In this document: positions 58,079-64,000 of the stretch, one piece after another
How positions within the stretch are numbered: position 1 is the first letter of the stretch
Layout of the letters: each line of letters opens with the position of its first letter
Source: an uncultured Clostridium sp.
GTDB lineage: Bacteria > Bacillota > Clostridia > TANB77 > CAG-508
DNA: 64,000 nucleotides
Assembly: GCA_958413095.1 (NCBI GenBank)
Contig: CATYUF010000001.1
Coordinates: 955 to 64,954 of the forward strand
Direction of reading: 5' to 3'
Position numbers and translations under genes: made by a program
The notes under the pieces: generated by a model
Told to the model about the DNA's origin: nothing
Databases searched by the model: none
What the model saw: only the letters and a program-made list of their open reading frames with translations

Positions 58079-58123
58079 ATGTAGAAAAACACAAAGAATA
58101 ATGTTGTTTTTCTACATATTTTG
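58079..58123 (+). terminator. Intrinsic terminator
   Basis: 13-bp stem ATGTAGAAAAACA/TGTTTTTCTACAT followed by ATTTTG. Confidence 0.7.
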
Positions 58124-58230
58124 TCTAAAAACTATAATTATAAATAACAAAAAATTCCTCAAAATGTTGTATTTTAAAAAAATATTGTTATAATTATATA
58201 TGGACAATTTTTACGAAAGGGAGGATTTTT

Positions 58231-59376
58231 ATGTTAAAAAAAGTAGCAATATTAGCAAATGGAGGAGATGTATCAGGATTTAATGCTGTAATAAGAGCAA
58301 TAGTAAAAACAGCAGAAAATCATGGTGTAGAATGTTATGGAATAATAGATGGATATAATGGATTATTAAAAAAAGACTTTGAATTACTATCAACAGCAGG
58401 AGATGGAGATGCAAAAGGGATATTACCAAAAGGTGGTTCAATAATAGGTTCATCAACAAATGCAAATGTATTTAACTATAAAGTAATAGATGAAGAAGGA
58501 AATGTAGAATATAAAGACCTATCAGATATATGTGTACAAAACATCAAAGAAGCAGGATTTGACTGCATCTTTACATTAGGAGGAGATGGAACACAAAAAT
58601 CAGCAAGAGACTTCTCAACAAAAGGAGTTAATGTTATAGGAGTACCAAAAACAATAGACAATGATGTAGCATGCACAGAAATAACATTCGGATACAACAC
58701 AGCAGTTTCAGTAGCAATGGAAGCAATAGATAGATTACACACAACAGGAGAAACACATCATAGAATAATGGTATTAGAAGTAATGGGAAGATATGCAGGA
58801 TGGATTGCACTAGAATCAGCAATAGCTGGAGGAGCAGATGTTGCATTAATTCCAGAAATACCATATGACATAGAAAGTGTTGCAAGAAAAATAGAAAACA
58901 GAAAGAAAAGAGGAAAAAGCTTCAGTGTAGTAGTAGTAGCAGAAGGAGCTAGGGCAAAAGATGGAGAAATAACAGTAGCAGGAACAAGAGACAACGGAGC
59001 AGGAGTAGACAACACAAAACTAGGAGGAGTAGGAGAAATAGTAGCAAAACAACTAGAACAGCTAACAGGTCTAGAAGCAAGAAACACAACACTAGGATAT
59101 ATGCAAAGAGGAGGAACACCAACAGCATATGACAGAGTACTATCAACAAAATACGGAGTAAAAGCAATGCAACTAGCACTAGAAGGAAAATTTGGAACAA
59201 TAGCAGTCCTAAAAAACGGAAAAGTAGACTCAGCAACATTAGAAGAAGTAGTAGGAAACAACACAAAAATAGGAGCAGTATCAGGAAACACAGCAGAAAG
59301 CAACATAAGAAAAGTAACCATGGACCACGACCTAGTAATAACAGCAAGAAATATAGGAATTAATTTAGGTGATTAG
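58231..59376 (+). CDS. pfkA: 6-phosphofructokinase (PfkA family, long-form clade)
   Basis: GGDGT and PKTIDND (Gly at the E. coli 104-equivalent position, Lys at the 124-equivalent), plus MGRYAGW. Strongly biased codon usage. Confidence 0.85.
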   Translation: MLKKVAILANGGDVSGFNAVIRAIVKTAENHGVECYGIIDGYNGLLKKDFELLSTAGDGDAKGILPKGGSIIGSSTNANVFNYKVIDEEGNVEYKDLSDICVQNIKEAGFDCIFTLGGDGTQKSARDFSTKGVNVIGVPKTIDNDVACTEITFGYNTAVSVAMEAIDRLHTTGETHHRIMVLEVMGRYAGWIALESAIAGGADVALIPEIPYDIESVARKIENRKKRGKSFSVVVVAEGARAKDGEITVAGTRDNGAGVDNTKLGGVGEIVAKQLEQLTGLEARNTTLGYMQRGGTPTAYDRVLSTKYGVKAMQLALEGKFGTIAVLKNGKVDSATLEEVVGNNTKIGAVSGNTAESNIRKVTMDHDLVITARNIGINLGD

Positions 59377-59577
59377 TAAAGAAATTACAAAGAATAATAA
59401 AAAGAAACAATAAAAATACTAATCAATTAACTTTAAAACAATATATAATAAATAATTTATACAAAGGATAAAACAAAAATTAATAACAAAAACACAAAAA
59501 ACTCCAAAACAGAATACTAAATACAAATCAAAAATTGCTATAAAATAGCAATAAAAAACCAAGAAATAGTAGAGTAG

Positions 59578-59782
59578 TTAAAAGCCAAATATATAAAAAA
59601 TTTAAGTTTTATGTGCGACTGGAATAATTTTAGAAGTTCTTTGCAAAAATTTTGGGTAATGTTCGTGTGGTCATCTTTAAAAAAAGTGACCAGCACAGAA
59701 AGGGCACCAAAAATTTTGCATAGAACTTCTTAAATTATGAAAGAAGCCATAAACTTAAATTTTTTATATATTTGGCTTTTAA
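59578..59782. mobile_element. 205-bp near-perfect hairpin (MITE-like) with 32-bp perfect terminal inverted repeats
   Basis: 59578-59609 (TTAAAAGCCAAATATATAAAAAATTTAAGTTT) is the exact reverse complement of 59751-59782. Interior segments also pair (TTGCAAAAATTTTGG/CCAAAAATTTTGCA, TGGTCA/TGACCA). Confidence 0.7.
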
Positions 59783-59922
59783 CGACCCCAACATTATCGC
59801 AAATCTCTAACAAATTCTCCACTAATTATTACAATTATATTACATTTCCAAAAAATATTGTTATCACCAAAAAATATTGCTATAATCAAAATATATAATA
59901 TAAATACGAAGGAGGAATCGTT

Positions 59923-61089
59923 ATGTTAAAATCAAACGTAGCATGGAGCACAAATAAAGACAGTTATACACAAGGAAAGGAATCTGCACAAAAAACAGTA
60001 GTAGACCTAATCCAAACAAAAGTAGCATTCTTATACACATCAGTAGACTGTAACATAGAAAAAGTATTAGAAGGAGCAAAATCAGAACTAGGAACAGCAC
60101 CAATAATAGGATGCACATCAAGTGGAGGAATAATCACACCAGGAGGCTTCATAACATCAGAAAACGGATTCACAGGAATAATGGGAATAGGAGACCCTAA
60201 CATGGCAGTTGGAGTAGCAGGAGCACCAAGAGGAGAAGACCCAAGAGCAACAGCAAGAAAAGTAGCAAAAGAAGCAATGGCAAAAGTAGGAACAGACAAA
60301 GCCCCAAGTTACTATTACATGGTAGCATCACCAGGAGAAGAAGAACAATATGTAAAAGGAATTGCAGATGTAATAGGAGAAATTCCATTCTCAGGAGGAA
60401 GTGCAGCAGATAACACAGTTGAAGGAAAATGGAAAATCTTCACAAATGACCAAATTTTCTCAGATGGTGTTGCAGTAGCATTTTTCTACACAAACACACC
60501 AATTGAAAACGAATTCACAGGAGCATACCATGAAACAACAAATTCAGGAATAATCACAAAATTAAAAGGAAAAAGAACATTAGTAGAAATAGATGGAGTA
60601 CCAGCAATTAAGAAATACGCAGAATGGACAGGAAAAAAAGAAAAAGACTTAATGGGAAGTAATTTATTATCAGCAACAATTACAGAACCATTAGGAGTAA
60701 AAGATAGATTAGGAGATTTAATAGCAATTCGTCACCCTATGTTTGGAAACGAAGATGGTTCAATGAATATAGGAAATGATATGGCTGTAAATACTGCTAT
60801 AATTCAAATGCAAGGAAGTGTTGACGAATTAATACAAGGTGCAGCTAAAACAGCTAAGAAACTACAAAAAAGATTACCAGGTAAAGCTGGAGCATATCTA
60901 TTTATTCACTGTGGAGGAAGAAAATTAGCAATAGGAGATAGAATAGGAGAAGTAGCAGATGGAATCAAAAAAGTGGTAGGAGATACACCATTTATAATGG
61001 CATTCACATTTGGAGAATATGGAGATACTGACCACTCTGGAAATACTTGTGGAGGCTTAATGCTTTCAGATACAGCATTTTGCGAATGA
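59923..61089 (+). CDS. FIST-domain protein (FIST_N plus FIST_C), stand-alone
   Basis: About 390 aa with a Gly-rich FIST-like layout (APIIGCTSSGGI..., FIHCGGR...GEYG). No output domain. Confidence 0.6.
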   Translation: MLKSNVAWSTNKDSYTQGKESAQKTVVDLIQTKVAFLYTSVDCNIEKVLEGAKSELGTAPIIGCTSSGGIITPGGFITSENGFTGIMGIGDPNMAVGVAGAPRGEDPRATARKVAKEAMAKVGTDKAPSYYYMVASPGEEEQYVKGIADVIGEIPFSGGSAADNTVEGKWKIFTNDQIFSDGVAVAFFYTNTPIENEFTGAYHETTNSGIITKLKGKRTLVEIDGVPAIKKYAEWTGKKEKDLMGSNLLSATITEPLGVKDRLGDLIAIRHPMFGNEDGSMNIGNDMAVNTAIIQMQGSVDELIQGAAKTAKKLQKRLPGKAGAYLFIHCGGRKLAIGDRIGEVADGIKKVVGDTPFIMAFTFGEYGDTDHSGNTCGGLMLSDTAFCE

Positions 61090-61209
61090 AGAGATGGGGA
61101 AAAACCACAAAATGAAGAAGCAAAATATGAATGTACTATAACAAAATATAAAGATGGAGAAGTTATGGTATGTAAAAATATAAATTCAAGTAAAAGGGAG
61201 GAAGCAACT

Positions 61210-62643
61210 ATGAAAAACTTAATTGGTTATGAATGGAAAGAAGCTTCTAACGGAGCAAAAATTGAAGTAGTAAATCCTGCAACACAAGAATTAATAGAAA
61301 CAGTACCAAATGTAACAGAAGAAGATGTAGATGAAGCAGTAAAAGTTGCAGTTCAAGAACAAAAGAAATGGGAAAAAGTTTCTATATATGAAAGAGCAGA
61401 AATATTATATAAATTTGTTGATTTAGTAGAAGAAAACAAAGAAAGATTAGCTATTTTATTATCTAACGAGACAGGAAAACCAATAAGAGAAGCAAGAGGA
61501 GAAATAGCAAATGTTAGAATAGGAACAAGAGGATTTATTGAAAGAGCAAAACACTTATATGGAGAAAGTATACCAGCAGGAACAGAAGCAGGACAAGAAA
61601 AAACAATGCAAATAACAAAAAGATATCCATTAGGTGTAATTGCTGCAATAATACCATTCAATTTTCCAAGCGACTTATTCTGCCAAAAAGTGCCACCAGC
61701 TTTGATGATGGGAAATAGCATAATAGTAAAACCATCAAATTATAATCCCCTAACATTAATAGAATATGTTAAATTAATGGTAGAAGCAGGAGTACCAGCA
61801 GGATGTATTCAAATACTAACAGGAGATGGTCCAACAGTAGGACAAGCTTTAGCAAGACATCCAGGAGTTCACCTAGTATCATTAACAGGAGGAACAGCAG
61901 CAGGAATACAAACAATGGGAACAGCATCTAAAAACTTAACACATGTAATGCTTGAATTAGGTGGAAATGATGCATTTATTTTCTTAGAAGATGGAGATAT
62001 GGACTTAGCAGTAAAAGAAACTATTTGGGGTAGATTATATAATGGTGGACAAGTATGCTGTGCAAGTAAAAGATTTTTAATACACAATTCAAGAAAACAA
62101 GAATTTATTGAAAGAATGAAAGAAGTAATTTCTAATTTAAAAGTTGGAGACCCAATGCAAGAAGATACAGACATGGGACCAATGATAAATATAAATGCAG
62201 CAAAAAGAATAGAAGAACAAGTAAACCAAATGGTTGCAGAAGGTGCAACAGTAGTATGTGGAGGAAAAAGAGAAGATGCATATTACTATCCAACAATACT
62301 AGATAATGTAACAAAAGACATGGAAGTTGCAAAAGATATGGAAATATTTGGACCAGTAATATCAGTAATAGGATTTGATACAGAAGAAGAAGCAATAGAA
62401 ATTGCAAATCAATCTTCATATGGGTTATGTGGCTCTGTAATATCAAAAGACTATTCAAGAGCAATGAAAATAGCTGATAAACTTGAATGTGGAGGAGCAA
62501 TAGTAAATGGAGCAAGTTTCTATCGTTCATTTGAAATGCCATTTGGAGGATGGAAACATTCTGGAATAGGAAATGAAGGAGTATTATCTACTTTACAAGA
62601 AATGTCTAGAGTAAAAACAATAGTATTAAAGAATATATTATAA
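61210..62643 (+). CDS. NAD(P)-dependent aldehyde dehydrogenase
   Basis: Catalytic Glu in MLELGGND, catalytic Cys in GQVCCASKR, and C-terminal FGGWKHSGIG. ATG 61210 follows GGGAGG. Confidence 0.88.
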   Translation: MKNLIGYEWKEASNGAKIEVVNPATQELIETVPNVTEEDVDEAVKVAVQEQKKWEKVSIYERAEILYKFVDLVEENKERLAILLSNETGKPIREARGEIANVRIGTRGFIERAKHLYGESIPAGTEAGQEKTMQITKRYPLGVIAAIIPFNFPSDLFCQKVPPALMMGNSIIVKPSNYNPLTLIEYVKLMVEAGVPAGCIQILTGDGPTVGQALARHPGVHLVSLTGGTAAGIQTMGTASKNLTHVMLELGGNDAFIFLEDGDMDLAVKETIWGRLYNGGQVCCASKRFLIHNSRKQEFIERMKEVISNLKVGDPMQEDTDMGPMININAAKRIEEQVNQMVAEGATVVCGGKREDAYYYPTILDNVTKDMEVAKDMEIFGPVISVIGFDTEEEAIEIANQSSYGLCGSVISKDYSRAMKIADKLECGGAIVNGASFYRSFEMPFGGWKHSGIGNEGVLSTLQEMSRVKTIVLKNIL

Positions 62644-62840
62644 CTAGATTTTCTCTTGAAAATAAATTTTTAATATTAAATTTATTTTATAATATACTTA
62701 GAAACTAGCAAATTTATAAAGTTTCTAGGGGACAATTAAAATATAAATATGTCGCATATGAATATTTTGTATGCGACATATAAAAGTAATTTAAAAATAT
62801 TCAAAAGACAAAAAATAATAAGCAAAAAAAGGAGAAGAAT

Positions 62841-63494
62841 ATGGATAAAAAGAAGAAAATAATTATCGCTGTAAGTGCAGTTGTAATTATAGCTATAATA
62901 TGTGTCGTAGCATTTTTTATAATAAAAGATAATGGAAAAAATGAAGAAACAGCTGGTAACAATTCAAAACTAAGTCAAGTCTATGAAAAAATGAACGAAA
63001 AATCAGTATATACATTTACAGCAACTTTAAATGACAAAAACTCTAAAACAGTAAAAAGAAAAAATGACAAAGCGCGTATAGACTTAAATCTAGATGGAGA
63101 GAAATCAGCAGATATTATAAAAGATGGAAATACATATTTAGTAATGGCAGAAGATGAGAAAGTTTATAAATATCAAAATAATGATATTGAACTTACTGAA
63201 TTATTGATAAACATTAAAGAAACAATAGAAAGTCAAAATCCTCAAAAAAGCAAAGAAGAAATAGACGGAAAAAAATATGAATGTGAGGAATATAAAGGAG
63301 TATCAGACTTTGTATTAACTAAAAAAATAGAAGATGAAGAAAATGTAAGTACTAAATTTTATTTTAAAGGTAATAACTTAGAATACATAAAAACAAAAAT
63401 AAATGATAAAGAAGAATTATTAAAAATAAACATTTCATATGATGATATATCAGAAAATGAATTTGAAATACCATCAGAATATGAAGTACTATAA
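62841..63494 (+). CDS. Membrane-anchored hypothetical protein
   Basis: N-terminal KKKK followed by a TM helix, then a soluble beta-rich domain of about 180 aa. Confidence 0.6.
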   Translation: MDKKKKIIIAVSAVVIIAIICVVAFFIIKDNGKNEETAGNNSKLSQVYEKMNEKSVYTFTATLNDKNSKTVKRKNDKARIDLNLDGEKSADIIKDGNTYLVMAEDEKVYKYQNNDIELTELLINIKETIESQNPQKSKEEIDGKKYECEEYKGVSDFVLTKKIEDEENVSTKFYFKGNNLEYIKTKINDKEELLKINISYDDISENEFEIPSEYEVL

Positions 63495-63577
63495 ATAGAT
63501 TAGCTAAAACAAGTCAAAATTAAAATTTATTTATTAATTTTGATTAACTATTAGTATACTAGGGAGGAACAAAAGAA

Positions 63578-64000
63578 ATGGCAATTAAATTTGTATTAAA
63601 TGAAACATCATATTTTGGAGAAAAAGCAAGAGATGTTTTACCAGAAGAAATAAAGAAAAGAAATTTTAAAAAGGTATTTTTAGTAAGTGACAAAGCTTTA
63701 GTAGAAGCAGGTGTTACAAAAAAAGTTGAAGAAATATTAAAAGAGGCAAATATAGAATATACACTATATGATGAAATAAAACCAAACCCAACTATAAAAA
63801 ATGTAACAGATGGAGTAGCAGCTTGTAAAAAATCAGGAGCAGATGTAATTGTAGCAGTTGGTGGAGGTTCAAGCATTGACACATCAAAAGGAATATCAAT
63901 AGTAATGACAAACCCAGATAGAGCAGATGTAAAATCATTAAATGGATTATCAAATACAGTAAATAGGGGAATGCCAATTATAGCATTACCAACAACAGCA
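63578..64000 (+). CDS. Iron-containing alcohol dehydrogenase (FucO/DhaT-like), 3'-partial
   Basis: Not in the ORF track because it is open at the window end. GGGAGG precedes ATG 63578. The product reads MAIKFVLNETSYFGEKA...VAVGGGSSIDTSKG...ALPTTA (GGGSxxD motif). Confidence 0.85.
   Translation, partial: MAIKFVLNETSYFGEKARDVLPEEIKKRNFKKVFLVSDKALVEAGVTKKVEEILKEANIEYTLYDEIKPNPTIKNVTDGVAACKKSGADVIVAVGGGSSIDTSKGISIVMTNPDRADVKSLNGLSNTVNRGMPIIALPTTA

Noticed and set aside
59610-59730. A 39-codon ORF (MCDWNNFRSSLQKFWVMFVWSSL...) inside the 59.6-kb hairpin, considered as a small toxin or peptide gene.
   Set aside because: It has no SD, lies entirely within self-complementary DNA, and its coding potential cannot be distinguished from chance.

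Overview
This is an AT-rich chromosomal segment from an endospore-forming Firmicute, probably Clostridia-like (whiA, spoIIM, spoIVA with a sigma-E-type promoter, tsaE and a tsaB-rimI fusion, murT/gatD). Most of the window is tightly packed housekeeping: prmC-whiA-hemW, the infC-rpmI-rplT operon with an L20-type attenuator, murI, dps, xerD, rlmN, ligA, metK, mgtA and pfkA. The most unusual content is an accessory block at about 25.0-33.8 kb, between rlmN and spoIVA. It holds a cytoplasmic Cys-His hydrolase-like gene, a divergent pair of XRE regulators, and a nine-gene operon at 26849-33686. The operon order is HAD phosphatase, radical SAM, SDR, radical SAM/SPASM, PNP/MTAN-type nucleosidase, radical SAM, PfkB kinase, histidine phosphatase. 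No precursor peptide gene is visible, so I read it as an uncharacterised radical-SAM pathway acting on a nucleoside or sugar-phosphate rather than a RiPP cluster. Other points of note: (1) metK is interrupted by a single extra nucleotide at a CUU-CGG-U site, and an HD-hydrolase gene 1.1 kb upstream is also out of frame at its start. (2) There are several families of structured intergenic repeats: a ~105-nt element in 4 copies, two ~205-215-bp near-perfect hairpin (MITE-like) elements, GGGGTCGG repeats and 43-bp tandem repeats. (3) rlmN and gatD share a ~52-nt 5' leader. (4) There is an orphan RhuM-Doc fusion and a sortase-type surface protein with a 39-bp in-frame tandem repeat. I saw no rRNA, tRNA, CRISPR array, transposase or integrase other than xerD. 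All family assignments come from motif reading by eye and need HMM or BLAST confirmation.
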